DNA of 64,000 bases from Vitreimonas sp. (GCA_035627515.1 DASPLQ010000012.1:1034331-1098330), one strand, 5' to 3'; numbered from the stretch's first letter, positions 30,797 to 39,420 are shown. Notes: generated by a model not told the origin, from the letters alone. A program made the numbers and translations.

Positions 30797-30872
30797 GTAA
30801 TTGAGTAAATAAGTAACTGAGTAATTGTGCGCGACAGCGAACAACTCAATTACTAAATTACTTAGCAACTCA
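30794..30872. repeat. 8-bp-periodic tandem repeats arranged as an inverted repeat around a GC-rich mini-hairpin
   Basis: left TAAGTAAT TGAGTAAA TAAGTAAC TGAGTAAT; centre TGTGCGCGACAGCGA; right ACAACTCA ATTACTAA ATTACTTA GCAACTCA. Confidence 0.85.
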
Positions 30873-30876
30873 GTCT

Positions 30877-31497
30877 ATGTCATACGAACTGCAAAAACGT
30901 GCTCTCGATATTCTAGTGGCTTTAGGCTTGTCTGCCTTGTTTCTTCCTATTTGGTTTGTTATTCCTATCTTGGTCTATCTTGATTCAGGTTGGCCGGTTA
31001 TTTTCCGTCACAAACGGGTGGGGAAGGATGGTCAGGAGTTTTATCTTTATAAATTCCGGTCCATGGTGAAAGATGCTGAAGACATTTTGCATAAGCGCGA
31101 TAAAGAGTTATTAGCCAAGTTCAAGGCTGGGGACTGGAAAGTAAAAGATGATCCCCGGATTACCAAGCTAGGCAAAGTACTTCGTTCTCTGACTATTGAT
31201 GAGTTTCCTCAGCTGTACAATGTTTTCAAAGGTGAGATGAGTATGGTGGGGCCCCGAGCCTACGTCAAAAAAGAACTTGACGAACAGACTAGCCGTTATC
31301 CTGAGACAAAAGAATATTTAAAAGATATCTTGTCAGTCAAACCTGGTATTACTGGGCCATGGCAAACCAGCGGTCGAAATGAAGTGCCATTTGCTGTCCG
31401 AGCAAAGATGGATGCCCGATATGCTCGGACTCGATCAATTGTGAACGACATCTCGATTTTATTCCGAACGCCAAAAGCCATGATTTCAAAGTGGTAA
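30877..31497 (+). CDS. priming sugar-phosphate transferase (WbaP/WcaJ catalytic domain)
   Basis: KR..DI, YKFRSM, DPRIT..G..LR...DE.PQL.NV..G.MS.VGPR, KPGITG.WQ. Confidence 0.92.
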   Translation: MSYELQKRALDILVALGLSALFLPIWFVIPILVYLDSGWPVIFRHKRVGKDGQEFYLYKFRSMVKDAEDILHKRDKELLAKFKAGDWKVKDDPRITKLGKVLRSLTIDEFPQLYNVFKGEMSMVGPRAYVKKELDEQTSRYPETKEYLKDILSVKPGITGPWQTSGRNEVPFAVRAKMDARYARTRSIVNDISILFRTPKAMISKW

Positions 31498-31546
31498 CAC
31501 ACTTTCGGGTTGAATTTTATTTGACAGATTCAGTATACTAACCTTC

Positions 31547-33553
31547 ATGCCCGAAAATCTAAATTCTGCCCTTCCATCTGATAGTAATGATATTGAGTTG
31601 AGTCAATTTGCTGCTCATGATGAATCTACGGTTATAACTACCGAAAGTAGTACTACAACCGAGACACCCAAAAAGAGACGTCGCTTTTTACCCAAGTTAT
31701 GGCACAAAATTGTTTTTGCCTTGTTACTACTGTTTGTAGTGACTGGTGCCGTCGGGGCTGCGGTGGGTTTTTATACCTATAACGTGGTTCTCGAACTTAA
31801 GTCACAGGCTTTAGTGATGAAAGATCAAGGTCGTGTGGCCTATGATACGTTTAAAGCTCAAAATTTGCCTGGTACCGAAGCCGAACTTAAAAAAGTGGAA
31901 GAGCAGATGGCTGGCATTCGCACTACTTATAACAAGTTGTCTTTTTATCAATATATTCCCATTGCTCGCAATTATTATCATGATGGTTTGCATAGTTTAA
32001 ATGCTGGGGATGCGGGCTTACGCGCTGGTCTGAAATCTATTCAGGCGATCACGCCTTATGCCGACGTGTTAGGTTTTACGGGCGAAGGTACTTTTACGGG
32101 CGGCACAGCTGAAGATCGCTTAAAACTTTTGCTCGAAACACTCGAGAAAATTACGCCAGTTTTTGATGACATTACCAATGAGTTTAAAACGGTGGAAAGT
32201 GAGTTTGCTCAGGTTAATCCTAATCGCTACCCAGAAAACTTCCGCAATATTCCTGTTCGCTCATATGTCCAACAAGGTCAAGATGCTAGTAAAGGCGTAG
32301 TCACCGCTTTAACAGAATTCAGGCCAGTGATCCAAGAATTACCCAATATTGCTGGTGGTCAAAAGCGCATGAAATACTTGATTCTTTTCCAAAATGATAA
32401 CGAAAAACGGCCAACTGGTGGCTTCTTGACTGCCTATTCCATCATTTTTGTAGAAGATGGGAAAGTGACTCCTGAAAAATCAGACGACATCTATGAGTTA
32501 GATCAAAAGTACACCAAGAAACCACCTATCCCTGAAGTCTTAGGGCAATATCTCACTACCGAGAAAAAATGGAACTTGCGTGACATGAATACCTCACCTG
32601 ACTTCAAAGTCTCGATGGACCAATTCTTAGAAGGTTACAAAACTATCAAGAGTGAACCTCAAGATATTGACGGTATCATCAGTGTAAACACGCATGTGTT
32701 GACAGAATTAGTTCGAGTCCTTGGTCCAATTGATGTACCTGGATATGGTACCTTCACCGCTGAAAATGACAAGCGTTGTGATTGTCCTCAAATTATTTAT
32801 GTTCTGTCGGAAATCATTACTAAACCGACGCCATTCTTGCGCCCAGACCGCAAAGGTATTATCGGGCCGTTGATGCGCGCTATCTTAACTAAGGCCTACA
32901 CGGCGCCTAAACAACAATGGCCTCAATTATTCACAGCTGGCTTAAAAAGCTTAGAAACTCGGGATACCCAGCTGTATTTCTTTGATGAAAAAGCTCAAGC
33001 TGCTGCCGAAGCTATTAATGCTGCCGGGTTGATGAAGCCAGTTGAGAACCAAGATTTCTTGGCAATTATCGATGCTAACCTGGGGGGTAATAAGTCAGAC
33101 TTATTTACTAATTATGAAGTTGTCCAAACCGTCTCTGCTCCCGAAAATGGTGAGTTAACTCGCACCGTGGAAGTGACTTACCGCAACAGTCGCAAAGCTG
33201 ATAACTGTAATTTAGAAGCCGGACAATTGTGTCTGAATGCCACGCTTAATGATTGGCACCGGTTGTACCTGCCTAAAGGTGCAGAGTTAGTTGATGCACA
33301 AGGTTTTATTACTAAACCTAAGCAGTACGACGAAAATGGCTTTACCGTCATTGATGGCTTCTTCAAGCTGGAGCCAAATAGTCAAGCTAAGGTGAAAATT
33401 ACCTATACCGTGCCCTACGCTGACGGGGAGACGTACCGGTTAAGCATGTGGAAACAAGGCGGTGTGGATCCGATCAAGATGATTATGGATGTGAATGGTG
33501 GTCAGGAAGAGATTACGATGGATAAAGATATGGTGTATGAGGCGAAGTTCTAG
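31547..33553 (+). CDS. DUF4012 domain membrane-anchored protein
   Basis: N-terminal TM, YLILFQN..E.RPTGGF, RD.N.SPDF, N.GGNK.D; TATACT 7 nt before ATG. Confidence 0.8.
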   Translation: MPENLNSALPSDSNDIELSQFAAHDESTVITTESSTTTETPKKRRRFLPKLWHKIVFALLLLFVVTGAVGAAVGFYTYNVVLELKSQALVMKDQGRVAYDTFKAQNLPGTEAELKKVEEQMAGIRTTYNKLSFYQYIPIARNYYHDGLHSLNAGDAGLRAGLKSIQAITPYADVLGFTGEGTFTGGTAEDRLKLLLETLEKITPVFDDITNEFKTVESEFAQVNPNRYPENFRNIPVRSYVQQGQDASKGVVTALTEFRPVIQELPNIAGGQKRMKYLILFQNDNEKRPTGGFLTAYSIIFVEDGKVTPEKSDDIYELDQKYTKKPPIPEVLGQYLTTEKKWNLRDMNTSPDFKVSMDQFLEGYKTIKSEPQDIDGIISVNTHVLTELVRVLGPIDVPGYGTFTAENDKRCDCPQIIYVLSEIITKPTPFLRPDRKGIIGPLMRAILTKAYTAPKQQWPQLFTAGLKSLETRDTQLYFFDEKAQAAAEAINAAGLMKPVENQDFLAIIDANLGGNKSDLFTNYEVVQTVSAPENGELTRTVEVTYRNSRKADNCNLEAGQLCLNATLNDWHRLYLPKGAELVDAQGFITKPKQYDENGFTVIDGFFKLEPNSQAKVKITYTVPYADGETYRLSMWKQGGVDPIKMIMDVNGGQEEITMDKDMVYEAKF

Positions 33554-34079
33554 TACTGAAGCAATTGTTTTAAAACGAACTAATGTCGGTGAAGCAGATC
33601 GTGTGGTGACATTATTCACCCAAGATCAAGGTAAACTTACTGCTGTCGCCAAAGGCGCTCGCAAGCTGTCATCCAGTAAGCGGGCGTTTTTAGAACCTGG
33701 CAACCACATCAAATGTTTGCTGATTAGCACTTCCTCCATGCCCTTGTTAACTCAAGCGACTCTTGTAGATGACTGCCAAGCAGCTCATCAAAGCTTACCC
33801 AAGATGAGACAGCTGGTGCAGGTACTGGAGATCATTGATACGGTCTTTGTAGAAGAACAAATAGATGAAGATACCTTTGAAGCCGTGATCGAGTTGCGCA
33901 ACTTGGTAGTCAAAGGGACCACCCCCGCGCGGATCATTCGCCAAAAACTAGAAGAAATGTTGATGAACCTGGGTTATCAAAACCCCAAAGACTCCAAATA
34001 CCCGACCATTTTAGAATATGTTTCCGCTATTGCGGACAAGCCTATGAAGAGTTGGGATTATTTGAAGGTGAAGGAGTAG
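33537..34079 (+). CDS. recO: DNA repair protein RecO (short form, no Zn finger)
   Basis: AIVLKR...GEADR.V.LFT...GK....AKG.RK; position near glyQS. Confidence 0.85.
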   Translation: MRRSSSTEAIVLKRTNVGEADRVVTLFTQDQGKLTAVAKGARKLSSSKRAFLEPGNHIKCLLISTSSMPLLTQATLVDDCQAAHQSLPKMRQLVQVLEIIDTVFVEEQIDEDTFEAVIELRNLVVKGTTPARIIRQKLEEMLMNLGYQNPKDSKYPTILEYVSAIADKPMKSWDYLKVKE

Positions 34080-34090
34080 AATACTACTCT

Positions 34091-35323
34091 ATGTCTGATG
34101 AAAAATTAGGTTTTAGTCCGGGTAGTGATGAGATCAGAAAGGCACCAGTCATACAAGAAGCTGAGAAGGCATTCCAGTATGTTCAGCGCCTCAATTTTTT
34201 AAATCCACCCGTAGAGTTACAGCTTCTGCCACTAGTTCGATTAGTTAAAGCGACTGAAGAGTTCTCTGATAAAGGCTTGCCACTGTTGTTAATGAGTGAA
34301 CCTGAAGAACAGGAAATCAGAAAATTAATTAAGACTATTAAAGATCAACAAAAACTTTATTTACCCGATTTTTGGCAAGAACGCTTAGCCTTTATTGATG
34401 ATTTTATTACCAAGTATCACACCAGTGATGAGGTGATCAATACTTCTTTAACCGATATACAGAAGTTTGGAAAGAACCTTCAAGCATTAGTTCGCTTGTT
34501 AATAGATTTTAATGACGAGCTGCTTGCAGAACGTAGTAGCGAACAGCAGCTGTTATTGCCCGATGGTGTAGATAGCGCAATACAGAAAATAAACCAAGAC
34601 CCGTTATTATCCACCTTTTCTAAACACATCATGATTAAGAATGATTTATGGACTGAGGCAAAAAATCCCACCTGGATAGCTAGTCAAGCTTACCCCCAAA
34701 CCACTACTGGTCAACCTGAGATTTTCTTATCATATCGATGGGACAGAGATAAAGAGTATATTGCCTCTCCGGCGTTCACATATCGAATGGAGCGATTAAA
34801 AAAACTATTGGGTGTAGAAAGATTATCAGCCAGACAAATTGCCTTGACAATTTTTTTTCATGAACTAGGCCACGTGATCCACGGATGGTTCATTAAATCA
34901 CAAGAGATAAAAGCTAAGACACAAGGTTTGCCGGGGATGGAGATACGCCATAGTATTTGGGAAACGGTAGAAGCACAAAATATAGATGTATTAATGAAAC
35001 TATTCAGTGACCCAACCCCTGAAAACAATGCTGTTATTGAAGGTTTTTTAGGCAAGAATCTTGAAATTATTACTGAAAATGAGCATCTTGTTATTAGAGT
35101 TAAGGAATTGAGAAATTTGCAAAAAACCCCACAATTTTATAGTGATGAGCAAATTGAAAAAATGCCCAGAGAGCAACTGATTCGCCTGGCTGCTGTTTAT
35201 AAAATGCAACCTGGTATGACTGATGAAAAAAGAAGAGAATTTTTTGAATGGAAATACCAGTTACCAACAGAAAATTTTGCTGACCATTTTGCTGTAGCCA
35301 TGATAAAAAGATTTGGTTTTTAA
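34091..35323 (+). CDS. orphan zincin-type metallopeptidase-like protein
   Basis: FFHELGHVIH and distal E.FAD.FA; AT-rich. Confidence 0.6.
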   Translation: MSDEKLGFSPGSDEIRKAPVIQEAEKAFQYVQRLNFLNPPVELQLLPLVRLVKATEEFSDKGLPLLLMSEPEEQEIRKLIKTIKDQQKLYLPDFWQERLAFIDDFITKYHTSDEVINTSLTDIQKFGKNLQALVRLLIDFNDELLAERSSEQQLLLPDGVDSAIQKINQDPLLSTFSKHIMIKNDLWTEAKNPTWIASQAYPQTTTGQPEIFLSYRWDRDKEYIASPAFTYRMERLKKLLGVERLSARQIALTIFFHELGHVIHGWFIKSQEIKAKTQGLPGMEIRHSIWETVEAQNIDVLMKLFSDPTPENNAVIEGFLGKNLEIITENEHLVIRVKELRNLQKTPQFYSDEQIEKMPREQLIRLAAVYKMQPGMTDEKRREFFEWKYQLPTENFADHFAVAMIKRFGF

Positions 35324-35330
35324 CGAGTTG

Positions 35331-35339
35331 TGCTACAAT
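35331..35339 (+). promoter_or_regulatory. extended -10 promoter TGcTACAAT for the glyQS leader
   Basis: 7 nt upstream of T-box Stem I. Confidence 0.7.
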
Positions 35340-35346
35340 ACTCTTA

Positions 35347-35531
35347 GCACTGATCCGCTCGGCAAGCGGGGAGCAACCGGACAAACCAGGTAAGAGTTTG
35401 TTTTAAAAGCGGATGAAATAAATGGATATCATGTTTCATCAAGTAGGGTGGAACCACCAAGCTAAGCTTGGTCCCTACAACTATTAAAGTAGTTGTGGGG
35501 TTTCTCAAAAACCTCACTGAGAAAGGCAGGC
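35347..35531 (+). ncRNA. glycine T-box riboswitch with ultrashort Stem I
   Basis: K-turn-like GC-ACTGA/GA-GC, helix TCCGCT/AGCGGG with GGC in the loop (35361-35363), Stem III GATGAAATA/TGTTTCATC, T-box AAGTAGGGTGGAACCACC, antiterminator closed by GGTCCCTAC, competing hairpin 35473-35500. Confidence 0.88.
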
Positions 35532-36932
35532 ATGTCAGACCACCCGACATCTCCTTCATTAGACGACATTGTTTCCCTAGCCAAGCGCCGCGGCTTTGTG
35601 TTTCCGACTTCAGAAATTTATGGCGGCTTAGCTAATTCCTATGATTACGGTCCGTTAGGAGTAGAGTTATTGCGCAACGTACGTAACTTGTGGTGGAAAG
35701 AGTTTATTCACAAACGACCTGATATGGTTGGTTTAGACACGCAGATTTTGCAGCACCCCGAGACTTGGGTGGCCTCCGGTCACGTGGCCTCATTTAGTGA
35801 TCCACTGGTGGAAGATAAAAAATCACATAAGCGTTATCGAGCTGATCATTTAATTGAAGCTTGGGCTGCTAAACATCCAGATGTTGCTGTCCAAGTCGAA
35901 GACATGAAAATTGAGGAGATGGCTGCTTTCATCCGTGAGCACAAGATTTTAAGTCCCGATGGTAATGAAGTGAGTGAGCCAAAGAGTTTTAATTTGTTGT
36001 TTGAAACTGCAATTGGAACGGTGGCTGGCGAGAAAGCTAAGGTGTATCTGCGAGGTGAAACAGCTCAAGGTATCTTTGCTAACTTCAAACAAATTTTAGA
36101 CTCTACCCGTGTGCAACTACCATTTGGGGTGGGCAATATTGGTAAGAGTTTTCGTAATGAAATTACCACGGGTCAGTTTGTGTTCCGGACTTTGGAGTTT
36201 GAACAAGCTGAGATTGAGTATTTCTTCAATCCTAACCAAACCGAGTGGCAGATGCTGATGGAAGACTGGAAACAAGCCATGTGGAAGTTTGTCTCTCAAA
36301 CATTGGGAATTAAAGAAGAAAACTTACGCTGGCGCCAGCACACCGATAAAGAGCGTAGTCACTACAGCAAAGATACCTATGATTTAGATTATAAATTTAC
36401 GTTTGGATGGAAAGAGCTCTGGGGTGTAGCGTATCGAACTGATTATGATTTGCGTCAGCACCAGGAACATTCTGGTCACAGTCTTGAGTATACTGATCCT
36501 CATACCAACGAAAAGTTTATTCCGCACGTTATCGAGCCGGCAGTAGGTGTAAATCGTTTGTTCCTGATGATTTTAACCGATGCTTACTGGCGTGATGAGG
36601 AGCGCAATCGGACCGTGTTGAAACTGCCTTTCAACTTGGCACCTTATAAAGTGGCAGTGTTCCCTCTAGTTAAAAATAAGCCGGAGTTAGTAGAGAAAGC
36701 CAAAGAAATTTTTGGTATGGTAGCCGATACCTATCTGGCAGCTTGGGATGATCGGGGTAATATTGGTAAACGTTACCTTTACCAAGACGAAATTGGTACC
36801 CCAGCCTGTGTGACAGTCGATTATCAAACACTCGAGGATGGGACTGTGACGGTTCGTGATCGTGATACGGCCGAGCAAGTTCGAGTGCCAGTTGCCGAAC
36901 TTGAGGCACACTTGGCAAGTATGATAAAGTAA
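35532..36932 (+). CDS. glyQS: glycine--tRNA ligase, alpha2 (class IIa) type
   Basis: KRRGFVFP.SEIYGG, LR.ETAQG, GKSFRNEIT...F.FR..EFEQ.E, PHVIEPA.G, IGKRY..QDEIGTP; start ATG 35532 after GAAAGG. Confidence 0.96.
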   Translation: MSDHPTSPSLDDIVSLAKRRGFVFPTSEIYGGLANSYDYGPLGVELLRNVRNLWWKEFIHKRPDMVGLDTQILQHPETWVASGHVASFSDPLVEDKKSHKRYRADHLIEAWAAKHPDVAVQVEDMKIEEMAAFIREHKILSPDGNEVSEPKSFNLLFETAIGTVAGEKAKVYLRGETAQGIFANFKQILDSTRVQLPFGVGNIGKSFRNEITTGQFVFRTLEFEQAEIEYFFNPNQTEWQMLMEDWKQAMWKFVSQTLGIKEENLRWRQHTDKERSHYSKDTYDLDYKFTFGWKELWGVAYRTDYDLRQHQEHSGHSLEYTDPHTNEKFIPHVIEPAVGVNRLFLMILTDAYWRDEERNRTVLKLPFNLAPYKVAVFPLVKNKPELVEKAKEIFGMVADTYLAAWDDRGNIGKRYLYQDEIGTPACVTVDYQTLEDGTVTVRDRDTAEQVRVPVAELEAHLASMIK

Positions 36933-36950
36933 GTGTAGTAAGGAATAACT

Positions 36951-37760
36951 ATGAACAAAAAATATCTGCCTTATATTATTGGAGCCGTCGTATTGTTATT
37001 GGTTCTCGCTGGCGGCGCGTTTGCTTACACCAAGATGACAGCAAAACCTGACCAAACTGCTGGTGACAACCAGCCTAAAAAGAAGCGCAGTGTCGATCCG
37101 GTCAACGTCATCGCCGTAGCTGATCGCCCGTATATTCAAATTGCTCCGGTGGCTGATGGTCGTCACTTAAATTTGGTAGTCAAACACTTAAACAAACCAG
37201 CCACTGAAGTGGAGTACGAACTGGAATACCAAACAGGATCATTACTCCAAGGTGCTTTTGACGTCTTGAAATTGGACTCAATCCCTGCGGTTAAAGAAAT
37301 CCTCTTAGGCAGTTGTAGTGCTGGTGGTGCTTGTACCTACCACTCGGATATCAAAGGTGGGACACTTTTAACACGCTTTCAAGGTCCTGAAAACTACGCT
37401 CTCAAATCCGACTGGGTTTATCTCGATAACAGAGCTAAAGAAGGTGAAGTCAGCTCCAAAGATGGTAAATTCACCTTGACTTCAGCTGACTTGAAAAACA
37501 TGCGCTATGTGATCGTGTTCAACACGGCTGGTTACCCTGCAGGCCTGCAAGGTACGCCAGTTTCTGATCCGATTTCGCTGGCTGTCTCTTCAAACCTGAA
37601 AGGAACTGGTGAAGTCACTATCGAAGCTAATGAAGCTGGTGAGCACACTATCATGGGGTGGGATGGCAGCAAATGGACAGAGATGGATACGACTGTTGAG
37701 GGTACTAAAGCAACTGCTAAAGGTAACTTGATGGAACTGTATATTGCGGTGAAGAAGTAA
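36951..37760 (+). CDS. membrane-anchored extracellular hypothetical protein
   Basis: N-terminal TM, YELEY, LGSCSAGGACTY (likely disulfide), beta-rich; host-like codon usage. Confidence 0.8.
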   Translation: MNKKYLPYIIGAVVLLLVLAGGAFAYTKMTAKPDQTAGDNQPKKKRSVDPVNVIAVADRPYIQIAPVADGRHLNLVVKHLNKPATEVEYELEYQTGSLLQGAFDVLKLDSIPAVKEILLGSCSAGGACTYHSDIKGGTLLTRFQGPENYALKSDWVYLDNRAKEGEVSSKDGKFTLTSADLKNMRYVIVFNTAGYPAGLQGTPVSDPISLAVSSNLKGTGEVTIEANEAGEHTIMGWDGSKWTEMDTTVEGTKATAKGNLMELYIAVKK

Positions 37761-37792
37761 GAGTTAGATTGTAAGTACTTTTCAAATTGTCG

Positions 37793-37824
37793 AAGGCCTC
37801 CTGATAGCAGAGGGAGGCCTTTTT
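37793..37824 (+). terminator. intrinsic terminator
   Basis: AAGGCCTCC-N11-GGAGGCCTT followed by TTT. Confidence 0.7.
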
Positions 37825-37839
37825 GATACAATACCCGCA

Positions 37840-38709
37840 ATGATTCTCAATCCAGAGTTAGCGGAAAGATATCCTCAACCAGTTCTCCCTCAGGATGGAA
37901 AAGTAGAGTGGGGAAATATTTTTTCGCATTACACCACTTCAGCTTCTATTTTGCAAATTTTATCTTTAGGCATTCTGTCTAAGAAGTTAGCCTCTAGAGC
38001 TTATCTACCTTATTTTCATTTTAATATTCCTAAAGTGCAGGAAGCAGAGGGATATGAATGGATTAGTGTTTCTCATATTAATGAGAATGGCGAAGGCATT
38101 CAAGAAAAAATGAAAGCATCTTCTTTAATGGTATTAACCCGAAAGTTGATCAGAAAATCGCGACCGGCACAATCAGAGGAAGCTTTTTCCGATGAATGGT
38201 TAGTAAAAAACAGAATTGCGCCTCGTGATTTAGTAGCCGTATGGTTAAGCGAGGCATATTATCATCGAAAAATTGGACAAATAGTAATGGCTAATATGCA
38301 GAAGGAACAAGTCCTACCTTGGATAGATTTTGTTATTAAAAACGATTCAAGATGGCAAAAGCGAATTGAGAAACTAAGAAAACACTATTTAGATAAACTT
38401 AACAGATCAATAATGTTCCAAGGTGAAGCCCAATCAGTAATCGATGCTGAGCTAAATGAAATTATTTTTATACAGTTTGTTAGACATTGGCTCTCAGCCT
38501 ACTTAAATTTTGATGCCACTGAGGTGCGGGTAAGTGATGTGGTGGCTAAATTACTTCCCCAGTTGAGTATTCCCATCTATATCATCATTAAAAATGAAAC
38601 TGAAGAGCATCAGCCAGTTTTACTTGGTGAATATCAAAAGCTAAACAGAGAAATTATTAATGATGATTTCTGGGATGAATATCAGCCTTTTAGTTACTGG
38701 GTTGAGTAG
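37840..38709 (+). CDS. putative ADP-ribosyltransferase-fold orphan (DarT/AbiGi-like N-terminal domain)
   Basis: FSHYT....ILQIL..GILS, WISVS, DEWLV..RI.P....AVW; TGaTACAAT 7 nt before ATG. Confidence 0.6.
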   Translation: MILNPELAERYPQPVLPQDGKVEWGNIFSHYTTSASILQILSLGILSKKLASRAYLPYFHFNIPKVQEAEGYEWISVSHINENGEGIQEKMKASSLMVLTRKLIRKSRPAQSEEAFSDEWLVKNRIAPRDLVAVWLSEAYYHRKIGQIVMANMQKEQVLPWIDFVIKNDSRWQKRIEKLRKHYLDKLNRSIMFQGEAQSVIDAELNEIIFIQFVRHWLSAYLNFDATEVRVSDVVAKLLPQLSIPIYIIIKNETEEHQPVLLGEYQKLNREIINDDFWDEYQPFSYWVE

Positions 38710-38931
38710 CATTGAAATTACACGCTAACTGTTGGTAGTACGTTTCACTTTCCAAAAAATACCCGACTGGCATAGAATGCACGTTTTGACTGTAATGGTG
38801 TGTTTCTAGGGGAACTTCTGCAGTAAGGGTTACGGTGGGAGGATAGCTGAAATGCCTTTAAGAAGATTTCTCAAGTGGCGTGAAAAAAGTGTCTTATCTT
38901 TTTTGTTTGACAGTGTTGTTCAAGAAGTGAA

Positions 38932-39209
38932 TTTTCTGAAGGTTGTGCGGTTTTTGTTAATAATCGCACAATGAACGTGAGAGCTTGTTTTCACGAGGTC
39001 TTCCCTTTAAGAAGGAAAATCCTGGCAGATCGAATAGGTGCTGTTATTTTTACTTCTCATCTCTCCTTCAGCACCCTTCCTCCAGAACCTCTTTTTTACT
39101 ATGACATAACTAGTGCACAATCGTGGCACAAATATGCCATTGTTTCAAAGTGGCTTGCACAAGAGAAGTGGTTACCACCCTTTATGAAGGGTTTTCTGAA
39201 GGTTGTGCG
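38932..39209. repeat. 18-bp perfect direct repeat TTTTCTGAAGGTTGTGCG, two copies 260 bp apart
   Basis: copies at 38932-38949 and 39192-39209 in a 711-bp intergenic region. Confidence 0.9.
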
Positions 39210-39345
39210 TCAGTTGTATGATTTTTGCCAATATTCATACAAGCCAAAAAAAGAGACTTAATTAAGAGAACTCTTTCCCCCAGCTCTTTGAACTGAAAAG
39301 CCCTCACGATTACACATTTTCACCCCGCTTCGGTGTTTTTCTGTG

Positions 39346-39404
39346 TTTACATCTCTACCAGATGTATTATCATAGTATTTAACAAACTGTGGTATAAAGT
39401 GGTA
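39346..39404 (+). promoter_or_regulatory. mraZ/dcw promoter with MraZ-binding-type repeats
   Basis: TTTACA-N16-TATCAT, then GTGGTA at 39389 and 39399 (10-bp period typical of MraZ boxes). Confidence 0.6.
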
Positions 39405-39420
39405 AATTATCTTATAACAA

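Noticed and set aside
30794-30872. CRISPR array or integron attC site
   Set aside because: units are 8 bp with no spacers; no RYYYAAC/GTTRRRY ends; no cas or integrase gene in the window
35344-35559. Minus-strand 71-aa ORF and the GTG 35493 start for glyQS
   Set aside because: both overlap the T-box leader; ATG 35532 has an SD and gives a normal GlyRS N-terminus
38971-39261. 96-aa ORF in the mraZ upstream region
   Set aside because: no SD or adjacent -10, no recognisable motif, runs across the direct repeat; unsupported though not excluded
38710-39420. oriC, tmRNA or RNase P RNA
   Set aside because: GCACAA motifs are poor matches to the TTATNCACA DnaA box, dnaA/dnaN are not nearby, and I see no GAGGAAAGTCC or tmRNA termini
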